Source of the DNA: Scyliorhinus canicula
Lineage: Eukaryota
Direction of reading: 5' to 3'
NCBI RefSeq assembly: GCF_902713615.1
Contig: NC_052149.1
Coordinates: forward strand, 126,607,256-126,671,255
Length of the DNA: 64,000 nt
Position 1 is the stretch's first letter; each line of letters opens with the position of its first letter. This document shows positions 37,301-49,165 of this stretch, in pieces. Position numbers and translations under genes: made by a program. A model generated the notes under the pieces. That model was given only the letters and a program-made list of their open reading frames with translations, was not told the origin of the DNA and searched no databases.

Positions 37301-40300
37301 ACCCTACCCATTTACCCACTCTACCCAGCTACCGCCCGAACCACCAGGCACCCTCCCACCTGCCACAGTACACAGCCATCACCCAACCCAGCTATCACCC
37401 TACCCATCCACCCACCCTACCCAGCTATCACCCTATCTAGCTATCACCCTACCCAGCTATGAACCCACCCAGCTATCACCCTACCCAGCTATCACACTAC
37501 CCAGCTATCACCATACCCAGCTATCACCCTACCCAGCTATCAACCCACCCAGCTATCACCCTACCCAGCTATCACCCGACCCAGCTATCACCTTACCCAG
37601 CTATCACCCAACCAACCTACCCACCCTACCCAGCTATCACCCTACCCAGCCATCACCCAACCCAGCTATCACCCTACCCATCCACCCACCCTACCCAGTT
37701 ATCACCCTACCCAGCTATCACCCTACCCAGCTATTACCCCACCCAGCTATCACCCTACCCAGCTACCCACCCTACCCAGCTATCACCCTACACAGCTATC
37801 ACCCTACCCAGCTAACACCCTTCCCAGCTATCACCCTACCCAGCTATCACACTACCCAGCTATCACCATACCCAGCTACAACCCTACCCAGCTATCACCC
37901 TACCCAGCTATCACCCTACCCAGCTATCACCCTACCCAGCTACCCACCCTACCCATCTACCCACCCTACCCAGCTATCACCATATCCAGCTATCACCCTA
38001 CCCATCTACCCACCCTACCCAGCAATCACCCTCCCCATCTACCCACCCTACCCAGCTACCCACCCTACCCAGCTATCACCCTACCCAGCTATCACCCTAC
38101 CCAGCTATCACCCTACCCAGCTATCACCCTACCCAGCTATCACCTACCCAGCTATCACCCTACCCAGCTACCCACCCTACACAGCAATCACCCTACCCAG
38201 CTATCACCCCACCCAGCTGTCACCCTACCCATCTACCCACCCTACCCAGCTATCACCCTACCCAGCTATCACCCTACCCAGCTACCCACCCTACCCAGCT
38301 ATCACCCTACCCAGCTATCACCCTATCCAGCTATCACCCTACCCAGCTGTCACCCTACCCAGCTATCACCCTACCCAGCTATCACCCTACCCAGCTACCC
38401 ACCCTACCCAGCTATCACCCTAACCAGCTATCACCCTACCCAGCTATCACCCTACCCAGCTATCACTCTACCCAGCTATCGCCCTACCCAGCTATCACCT
38501 ACCCAGCTATCACCCTACCCAGCTACCCACCCTACCCAGCTATCACCCTACCCAGCTATCACCCTACCCAGCTATCACCCTACCCAGCTATCACCCTACC
38601 CAGCTATCACCCTACCCAGCTATCACCCTACCCAGCAATCACCCTACCCATCTACCCACCCTACCCAGCTATCACCCTACCCATCTACCCACCGTACACA
38701 GCTATCACCCTACCCAGCTATCACCCTACCCAGCTATCACCCTACCCAGCTATCACCCTACCCATCTACCCATCCTACCCAGCTATCACTCTACCCAGCA
38801 AACACCCTACCCAGCTATCACCCTGCCCAGCTATCACCCTACCCAGCTATCACCCTACCCATCTACCCACCCTACCCAGCTACCCACCCTACCCAGCTAT
38901 CACCCTACCCAGCTATCACCCTACCCAGCTACCCACCCTACCCAGCTATCACCCTACCCAGCTATCACCCTACCCAGCTATCACCCTACCCAGCTATCAC
39001 CATACCCAGCTATCACACTACCCAGCTGACACCCTCCCCAGCTATCACACTACCCAGCTATCACCCGACCCAGCTATCACCCTACCCAGCTATCAACCTA
39101 CCCAGCTATCTCCCTACCCAGCTATCACCCGACCCAGATATCACCCTACCCAGCTATCACCCTACCCAGCTATCACCCTACCCAGCTATCACCCTACCCA
39201 GCTATCACCCTACCCAGCTATCACCCTACCCATCTATCACCCTACCCAGCTACAAACCTTGCCCAGCTATCACCCTGCCCAGCTATCACCCTACCCAGCT
39301 ATCCCCTACCCAGCTATCACCATACCCAGCTATCACCCTACCCAGCTATCACCCTACCCAGCTATCACCCTACCCAGCTACCCACCCTACCCAGCAATCA
39401 CCTTACCCAGCTATCACCCTACCCAGCTATCACCCTACCCAGCTATCACCCTACCCAGCTATCACCCTACCCATCGGCCCACCCTACCCAGCTATCACCC
39501 TACCCATCTACCCACCCTACCCAGCAATCACCCTACCCAGCTATCACCCTACCCAGCTATCACACTACCCATCTACCCTCCCTACCCAGCTAGCACCCTA
39601 CCCATCTACCAACCCTACCCAGCTATCACCTTACCCAGCTATCACCCTACCCAGCTATCACCCTACCCAGCTATCACCCTACCCAGCAATCACCCTACCC
39701 AGCTATCACCCTGCCCAGCTATCACCCTACCCTGCTATCACCCTACCCAGCTATCACCCTACCCACCCTACCCAGCTACCACCCTACCCAGCTATCACCC
39801 TACCCAGCTATCACCCTACCCAGCTATCACCCTACCCAGCTATAACCCTAGCCAGCTGCCCACCCAACCCAGCTACCCACCCTACCCAGCTATCACCCTA
39901 CCCAACTATCACCCTACCCAGCTATCACCCTACCCAGCTATCACCCTACCCAGCTATCACCCTACCCAGCTATCACCCTACCCAGCTATCACCCAACCCA
40001 GCTATCACCCTACCCAGCTATCACCCTACCCATTTACCCACTCTACCCAGCTACCGCCCGAACCACCAGGCACCCTCCCACCTGCCACAGTACACAGCCA
40101 TCACCCAACCCAGCTATCACCCTACCCATCCACCCACCCTACCCAGCTATCACCCTATCCAGCTATCACCCTACCCAGCTATGAACCCACCCAGCTATCA
40201 CCCTACCCAGCTATCACACTACCCAGCTATCACCATACCCAGCTATCACCCTACCCAGCTATCAACCCACCCAGCTATCACCCTACCCAGCTATCACCCG

Positions 40301-42250
40301 ACCCAGCTATCACCTTACCCAGCTATCACCCAACCAACCTACCCACCCTACCCAGCTATCACCCTACCCAGCCATCACCCAACCCAGCTATCACCCTACC
40401 CATCCACCCACCCTACCCAGTTATCACCCTACCCAGCTATCACCCTACCCAGTTATCACCCCACCCAGCTATCACCCTACCCAGCTACCCACCCTACCCA
40501 GCTATCACCCTACACAGCTATCACCCTACCCAGCTAACACCCTACCCAGCTACCCACCCTACCCATCTACCCACCCTACCCAGCTATCACCATATCCAGC
40601 TATCACCCTACCCATCTACCCACCCTACCCAGCAATCACCCTCCCCATCTACCCACCCTACCCAGCTACGCACCCTACCCAGCTACCCACCCTACCCAGC
40701 TATCACCCTACCCAGCTATCTCCCTACCCTGATATCACCCTACCCAGCTACCCACCCTACCCAGCTATCACCCTCCCCAGCTCTCACCATACCCAGCTAT
40801 CACCCTACCCAACCATCACCCAACCCAGCTATCACCCTACCCATCCACCCACCCTACCCAGCTATCACCCTACCCAGCTATCACCCTACCCAGCTATCAC
40901 CCTACACAGCTATACCCCTACCCAGCTATCACCCTACCCATCTACCCTCCCTACCCAGCTACACACCCTACCCAGCTATCACCCTACCCAGCTTTCACCC
41001 TACCCATCGACGCTCCCTACCCAGCTACACACCCTACCCAGGTACACACCCTACCCAGCTATCACCCTACCCAGCTATCACCCTACCCATTTACCCACTC
41101 TACCCAGCTACCGCCCGAACAACCAGGCACCCTCCCACCTGCCACACTACCGAGCCATCACCCAACCCAGCTATCACCCTACCCATCCACCCACCCTACC
41201 CAGCTATCACCCTACCCAGCTATCACCCTACCCAGCTATCACCCCACCCAGCTACCACCCTACCCAGCTACCCACCCTACCCAGCTATCACCCTACCCAG
41301 CTATCACCCTACCCAGCTATCACCCTACCCAGCTATCACACTACCCAGCTATCACCCTACCCAGCTACCCACCCTACCCAGCTATCACCCTACCCAGCTA
41401 TCACCCTACCCAGCTATCACCCTAACCAGCTATCACCCTACCCAGCTATCACCCTACCCAGCTATCACCCTACCCAGCTACCCACCCTACCCAGCTACTC
41501 ACCCTACCCATCTACCCACCCTACCCAGCTATCACCCTATCCAGCTATCACCCTACCCATCTACCCACCCTACCCAGCAATCACCCTCCCCATCTACCCA
41601 CCCTACCCAGCTACGCACCCTACCCAGCTACCCACCCTACCCAGCTATCACCCTCCCCAGCTCTCACCCTACCCAGCTATCACCCTACCCAGCTATCACC
41701 CTACACAGCTATACCCCTACCCAGCTATCACCCTATCCATCTACCCTCCCTACCCAACTATCACCCTACACACCTACCCACCCTACCCAGCTACACACCC
41801 GACCCAGCTATCACCCTACCCGGCTATCACCCTACCCAGCTATCACCCTATCCAGATATCACCCTACCCATCTATCACCATACCCAGCTGTCACCCTACC
41901 CATCTACCCACCCTACCCAGCTATCATCCTACCCAGCTATCACCCTACTCAGCAATCACCCTACCCAGCTATCACCCTACCCAGCTACCCACCCTACCCA
42001 GCTATCACCCTACCCAGCTATCACCCTACCCAGCTATCACCCAACCCAGCTATCACCCAACCCAGCTATCACCCTACCCAGCTATCACCCTACCCAGCTA
42101 TCACCCTACCCAGCTATCACCCTACCCAGCTTTCACCATACCGATCTACCCACCCTACCCAGCCATCACCCGACACAGCTACCACCCTACCTATCCACCC
42201 ACCCTACCTAGCAATCATCCTTCCCAGCTATCAGAGTACTCAGCTATTAC
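28340..42250 (-). repeat. ~13.9-kb satellite, 16-bp unit ATCACCCTACCCAGCT (minus strand AGCTGGGTAGGGTGAT), with higher-order duplications
   Basis: Directly visible. The 16-aa (3 x 16 bp) period YPAITLPSYHPTQLSP appears in all three plus frames, and the plus strand is nearly devoid of G. Confidence 0.98.
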
Positions 42251-42559
42251 CCTCCTCTCTTGCCACCTTACCCACCTCCCTACCCTTCTCTCTTACCTCA
42301 CTCATGTCCCCACCCTCCTCACTTACCTCACGCACCTCCCCACTTGCACACCCTCACACACCCATTGTCTCAGACATTCGAACATTGAGCAGCTTTGTGA
42401 TCTTTACGGCAGCTATCGGTGTAAAAAGGGCAGGTGGTGGCTCTGTGGTATTATCACTGGGCCAGTAATCCAGAGAGCTCAGGCTAATGTTCCCACTGGC
42501 AGCACCCAGCAGTAGCAGAGGCGCATTGATATACCGCCGGGAGGGAGTTACCCTGGGAG

Positions 42560-44710
42560 TCCTGAACATCAACTCAGGACACCATGAAATGCCATGGCAT
42601 CAGGTCAAACCCAGACATGGAAACCTCATGTTGATTACCACGTACCGTCAATCCCTTAACTGATGAATCATTACTCCTCCTTGTTGAACACCACTTGGAG
42701 GAAGCACTGAGGGTGGCAAGGGCACAGAATATACTCTGGATGAGAGAGTTCTATGTCCATCCCCAAGAGTGGCTCAGTAGTACCACCACAGACCGAGCTG
42801 GCCAGGGTCATAAAGGACATAGCTGCTGGACTGGGACTGCAGCAGGTGGTGAGGGAGCCAACAAGAGGGATAAACTTACTTGACCTCATCCTCACCAACC
42901 TGCCTGCCACAGATACATCTGTCCATGGCAGCATCAATAGGAGTGAGCACCGCACAGTCCTTGTGGGGACAAAATCCCATCTTCACATTGAGAATATCCT
43001 CCATCATGTTCTGTGACACTATCACCGTACTAAATGGGATAGACTTTGAACAGATCCAGAAACTCAAGACTGGGCATCCATGAGGTGCTGTGGGTCATCA
43101 TCAGCAGCAGAATTGGACTCAACCACAAACTGCAACCTCATGACTGCATATCCCCCACTCTACCATTCCCACCAACCCAGGGGATCAACCCTGATTTAAA
43201 GAAGAGTGCAGGAGTGCATGCCAGGAACAACACCAGGCACACCGAAAAATGAGGTGTCAACATCCTAAACCTACAACACAGGATTACCTGCCTGCCAAAC
43301 AGCATAAGCAACAAGTATTAGACAGAGCTCAGCAATAGATCCATAACCAACAGGTCAGATCTAAGCTCTGCAGTCCTTCCACATCCAGCCATGAATGGTT
43401 GTGGACAATTAAACAACTCACTGGGGTAGGAGGCTCCACAAAGATCCCCATCCTCAATGATGGGGGAGCCCAACACATAAGTGCAAACAATAAGGCTGAA
43501 GCAGTCATAAAACTCTTCAACCAGAAACGCTGAGTGGATGATCCATCTCGGTCTCCTCCGGAGGTCTTCAGCATCACCGATATCAGCCTTCAGCCAGTTT
43601 GATTCACTCCACATGATATGAAGAAACAGCTGAAGGAACTGGATACTGCAAAGCCTATGGGTCCTGACAACATCCCAGCAATAGTACTGAAGACTTGTGC
43701 CCCAGAACGTGCTTCACGCCTAGCCAAGCTGTTCCAGTACAGCTACAACACTGGCATCTACCCGACAATTTGGAAAGTTCCCAGGTGTGTCCAGTACACA
43801 GGAAACAGGACAAATACAACCCAGCTAATTATCACCCAGTCATTCTGCTCTCAATCATTAGCATCGTGATGGAAGGTGTCATCAACAGTGTTATCAGCGG
43901 CTCTTAGCAATAATCTGCTCACTGAGGCCCAGTTTGGGTTTCACGAGGGTCACTCAGCTCCTGAACTCATTCCAGCCTTGGTTCAAACATAGACAAAGGT
44001 GCTAAACTCTCGAGGTGAGGTGAGAGTGACTGCCCTTGACCAAGTTTGGCATCAAGGAACCCAAGCAAAACTGGACTCAATGGGAAGCAGTGGGAAAAGT
44101 CTCTCCTGATTGGAGCCATACCTGGCACAAAGGTGGATGGTTGTGGTTGTTGGAGGTCAATCATTTCAGTTCCAGGACATCACTGCAGGAGTTCCTCAGA
44201 GTAGTGACCTAGGCCCAACCATCTTCTGTTGCTTCATCAATTACTTTCCTTCAATCATAACGCCAGAGGTGGGGGTGTTCCCGAATGACTGCACAATGTT
44301 CAGCACCATTCACGACTTCTCAGATACTGAAACCATCCCTGTGTAAATGCAGCAAGACCTAGACAATATCCAGGCTTGGGCTGAAAAGTGGCAAGTAACA
44401 TTTGCATCAAACATGTGCCAGACAATGACCATCACCAACAAGAATGAATCTAACTGCTGCCCCTTTCAATGTCATTACCATTGCTGAATGCCCCATTTTC
44501 AACATCCTGGGGGTTATCATTGAGCAGAAACTGAACTGGACCATCCATATCAATACTGTGCTTAACAAAACTCATCAAAGGCTGGGAATCCTACGGCGAG
44601 TAACTAACCTCCTGACTCCCCAAACCCTGTCCACCATGTACAAGACACAAGTCAGGAGTGTGATGGAATACTCTCCACTTGCCTGGATGAGTGCAGCTCC
44701 AACCACCCTC
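42560..44710 (+). mobile_element. CR1/L2-group LINE remnant (endonuclease to RT), heavily frameshifted
   Basis: EEALRVARAQNILW (endonuclease region), KPMGPDNIPAIVLKTCAPE, degenerate NDCTMF at the ADD position, and ILGVIIEQKLNW...VRSVMEYSPLAW. Confidence 0.8.
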
Positions 44711-44959
44711 ACCTTTATCTTTTCAGTGGTGGCAGCAACGGCAGGGTAAAATGCCGATAGTACGGGGATAGACAGCCGCGGTCTGAGGTAATGGCACATT
44801 TCAGAAAGTGCGTGAGTGTCCTGGAGGGTATTTTCAAATTGGATTAAATTGTCAGTCATTTTTTAAGCAAGGGAAGGGACCTGTTTGATTTATTTAATTT
44901 TTTAATAAAATTTTAAATTTAAATAGTTTAGTCATGACAGGCAAGCTCAAAGCTGTGTT

Positions 44960-47000
44960 ATGTTCCTCCTGTTCTATGTGGGAAGCCAGGTACATTCCAG
45001 TGCCCGGGACCAGCATTTGTGCAGAAAGGCTGTCCAGCTATAGCTTCCGGAAGCTCGGATTTCATATCTGGAATGGTGACTGGAGATAGTGTGGAGCATC
45101 CTTGAGGCTGAGAGCATCATGGGTAGCACGCTCAGAGAGATGGTCACACCGCAGCTGAAGGGACTTGAAGATGGAAGGGAAAGGGTAACACCAAGCTGTC
45201 TATGATAAACAGGCAGGTCGTTCAGGAGTTCCCTGGAAGCTGATGAAGGTACTGGTTCCTCCAGTGAGTGAGTGAGTGCAGACAGAGCCAAAAATATGGC
45301 ACCACAGGAGCCTGTATGTACAGGAAGGGAGGAAGAGATGAAGAGCAATAATAATAGGGGAACCTATATCAGGGGAAAAATAGGCATGACTGTGGCCATC
45401 AACCACTGTGACTCCTGAATGGTGAGTTGTCTCCCTGGTACCAGGGACTTGGATGTTGCTGCACGGCTGCAGGGAATCCTGAATGGGGGGGAGATAAGGC
45501 AGAGTTCATGGTCCATCTTGGTCCCAATGATATCAGTAGAAAGAGCGATGAGGTCTTACATCAAGAATTCAGGAAGCAAGGCAGTAGAATAAAAAGCAGG
45601 ACCACTCGGGTTGGGCAGTGTGGTAGCACAGTGGGCAGCACTGTGTGCTTCACAGCTCCAGGGTCCCAGGTTCGATTCCTGGCTTGGGTCACTGTTTGTG
45701 TGGAGTCTGCACGTTCTCCCTGTGTCTGAATGAGCTTCCTCCGGATGCTCCGGTTTCCTCCCACAAGTCCCAATAGATGTGCTGTTAGGTAGATAGATAG
45801 ATAGAACATTACAGCACAGAACAGGCCCTTCGGCCCTCGATGTTGTGCCGAGCAATGATCACCCTACTTAAACGCACGTAACCTGTATACCCGTAACCCA
45901 ACAATCCCCCCATTAACCTTACACTACGGGCAATTTAGCATGGCCAATCCACCTAACCCGCACATCTTTGGACTGTGGGAGGAAACCGGAGCACCCGGAG
46001 GAAACCCACGCACACACAGGGAGGACGTGCAGACTCCACACAGACAGTGACCCAGCCGGGAATCGAACTTGGGACCCTGGAGCTGTGAAGCATTGATGCT
46101 AACCACCATGCTACCGTGAGGTGATTTGGACATTCTGAATTCTCCCTCTGTGACCCAAACAGGCACCAGAGAGTGGCAACTAGGGGATTTTCACAGTAAC
46201 TTCATTGCAGTGTTAATGTAAGCCGACTTGTGACAATAAAGATTATTATTATTATTATTGTAATCTCTGGATTACTCCCAGTGCCAGGTGCGAGTGAGCA
46301 CAGAAATAGGAGAATAATGCAGATTAACGTGTGGCTTAAGAGCTGGTGCAGGAGGGAGGGGTGTAAATTCCTAGATCACTGGGACCATTTGTGGGGAAAG
46401 TGGGACCTGTGCAAGCGGGACAGTCGACATCTCAACCACAGAGGGACTAACATCCTTGTGGATGGGTTTGCACGTGCTGTTGGGAGGAGTTTAAAATAAT
46501 TTGGCAAGGAGAGGGGATGACAGAATTTTAGCACAATAGGGACGCAGCATTATTCAGTAAAGCAATCGAGTCAGAGGCTATAGAACTTTATTGAATTTCA
46601 AGGGAGAAGGCAAGACTGGATGGCATCTACTTTATTGCTAGGAGTATTACAGGTGAAGCGGATGAGTTAAGGGGGAGGATTAAGACGTGGGGCTGGATTC
46701 TCCGCCCCGTTACACCACATTTCTGTTTCACCCCACTGGCGGGATGCTCCGTTATGCCAGCTAAACAATGGAGTTTCCCATTGTGGGCAGCCCCACACCG
46801 TTGGGAAACCTCCGGGCTGCCGGCAAAATGAATCATCCGCCGGCGGAGAATCCAGCCCGTGGAATTGTGATATAGTTGCCATCACGGAGATGTGGTTGAG
46901 GGAGGGGCAGGATTGGCAGCTGATATCAAATCTTCAGGCGAGACAGGGGTGGGGGTAAATGAGGAGGAGGCGTTGCATTATTAGTTAAGGAGTCAGTTAC
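44960..47000 (+). mobile_element. CR1 5' remnant (ORF1 zinc finger/esterase, start of endonuclease) split by SINEs and a MITE
   Basis: Esterase-like HLGPNDISRKSDEVL (45427-45729) resumes as ISGLLPVPGASEHRNRRI...WGKWDL (46230-46499). Homologous to 18058-18492. Confidence 0.7.
45612..46117. mobile_element. Two HE1-type SINEs in inverted, tail-to-tail arrangement
   Basis: Plus-strand head and core at 45612-45790; full minus-strand copy at about 45795-46117. Confidence 0.8.
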
Positions 47001-47417
47001 TGCAGGAAGGACAGATGTTGGGCGGGTTTCCTGTCGGCCAACACCAAAATCGCAAAATGCAATTTGGTGGGGAATCTGTTTTGACTCTGAAATTGTGGCG
47101 CGCGCCGGTTTCAAAATCGCAATTCTCCAGTGCCTCGACAGCAGCGTCATTGTGTTCCATTCCTCACTTAGAGAAAATGGCATTGGCATATCAGCGTGCC
47201 TGACCCGGTATTCTCCAGGACTTGCGATTCTCCGCCTCCATCGGGGGGAGTTCCCAACGGCGAGGTTCACTTGTGCTTTTAACAATCGTGAAACAGGCGC
47301 CGTGGCTGATGAGGGAGAGAGAGGGGTTCGGACCCGGAGAAGCACCACCTCTTCGATGCCGGTTATGATGCTGGGGGAGGGGGTGGGCTGCACGATTGTC
47401 CTCAATACCTGGGCCCT

Positions 47418-48612
47418 CTAAAGCTGTGTACCTAAGCCCCTACTATATTTCCTATACACACACGACTGCGTGGCAAAGTTTGGCTCCAACTCCATGTCCA
47501 AGTTTGCTGATGACACAACCATAGTGGGTCGAATCTTCAACAACGATGACTCAGAGTAGAAGAGGGAGATAGAGAACCTTGTGGAGTGGTGCAATGACAA
47601 CAATCTCTCCCTCAAAGTCAGTGAAACTGAAGAGTTGGTCATTGACTTCAGGAAGCACAGTATCATACACACCCCTGTCTGCATCAATGGTGTAGAGGTG
47701 GAGATGGTGCCGAGATGGTTAACAGTTTCAAATTCCTAGGTGTGCACATCACCAATAATCTGTCCTGGTCCACCAATGTCGACGCTGTGACCAAGAAAGC
47801 ACAACAGTGCCTATACGTTCTCAGGAAACAAAGGAAATTTGGCATATCCACATTAACTCTTCCCAATTTTTACAGAGGCACCATAGTAAGCATCCTATCT
47901 GGCAGCATCACAGCCTGGTGTGGCAACTGCTTGGCCCAACACCGTAAGAATCTACAGAGTCATGAACACAGCCCAGTCCATTACACAATCCCTCGCCTCC
48001 CATCCATTGACTCTGTCTACGCCTCCCACTGCATTAGGAGAGCGGGCAGCATAATCAAAAACCCCTCCCACCCAGCTTACTCACTCTTCCCACTTCTTCC
48101 ATCGACCAGGAGATACAAAAGTCTGAGAACACGCACTAACAGGTTCAAAAACCATGATGTGGAAATGCCGGCGTTGGACTGGGGTGAGCACAGTAAGAAG
48201 TCTTACAACACCAGGTTAAAGTCCAACAGGTTTGTTTCAAACACGAGCTTTCGGAGCACTGCTCCTTCCTCAAGTGAATCACCTGAGGAAGGAGCAGTGC
48301 TCCGAAAGCTAGTGTTTGAAAGAAACCTGTTGGACTTTTACCTGGTGTTGGAAGACTTCTTACTGGGTTCAAAAACAGCTTCTTCCCCGCTGTTACCCGA
48401 CTCCTGAATGACCCTCTTATGGACTGATCTGATCTCTTCACACATCTTCTCGACTGAGTAGTACTACACTCCTGTATGCTTCATCCAGTGCCGGTAGCTA
48501 TGTATTTACATTGTTTTTTTTTTCATGAATGGAATGATTTGTCTGGATTCTGCGCAGAACAATACGTTTCACTGTACCTCGATACACGTGACAATAAAAC
48601 AAATCCAAATCC
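47418..48612 (+). mobile_element. Rex1/Babar-like LINE, 3' part of RT and tail
   Basis: The reverse of ORF 47418-47687 reads KFADDTTIVG...LVEWCNDNNLSL; ORF 47715-48407 has FKFLGVHITNNLSWS. Ends ATAAAACAAATCCAAATCCAA. Confidence 0.75.
48153..48365. mobile_element. Penelope-like palindromic insertion carrying hammerhead-ribozyme-like cores
   Basis: 11-bp TSD GGTTCAAAAAC at 48142-48152 and 48366-48376. Inverted arms 48191-48276 / 48280-48365. Core CTGAGGA-A-GGAGCagtGCTCC-GAAA-GCTA at 48283-48311. Confidence 0.7.
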
Positions 48613-49165
48613 AAGGATGGAGTGCTGGCCACACAACAGGCCGAGGAGGAGGAGGAGGAGGTGCAAAGGAGGTGCCACATGGGGCCTCATGTGTACCGGC
48701 AGCGCCTGACATTCGAGGACCTGCCGGACCGGGTATGCTGTCGAAGTCTCCGGGTGATCAGGGGACAGTGCGGAATTTCTGCCAGATCATGATGCTCCCG
48801 GCACCATCAATAGGAGAGGACACCCGCTCCCAGTGGTTGTCAAGGTGACGGTCGCCCTGAACCTTTACGCCATGGGGTGCTTCCAGGCGACGAGTGGGAT
48901 CCAGTCTGGGATCTCACAGAGCTCGGTGCAAAGGTACATCCGCGTTGTCACGGAGGCCCTATATCCCCAGAAGCCACAATATATCCATTTCAATGTGGCC
49001 CGTGCCCACCACGATACATCGCCGGGATACCCCGGGTCAAGGAGAGATCAATGGGGTGCATGTCCTCCTGCGAACATTTGCAGATGACAGGCCGCTCTAC
49101 ACAAACCGTAAGGGGTTCCACTCGATGAACATGCAGCTGGTGTGTAACCATCAGCTGAGCATCAC

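Noticed and set aside
28340-42250. Interstitial telomeric repeat
   Set aside because: CCCTA occurs in each unit but CCCTAA only sporadically, and I saw no (TTAGGG)n run.
28118-42468. Long Pro/Tyr/Ser/Thr-rich ORFs (649, 628, 1069 aa) resembling extensins or mucins
   Set aside because: They arise because the C-rich 16-bp unit has no stop in any plus frame. All three frames give the same peptide, and there are no splice signals, signal peptide or real start context.
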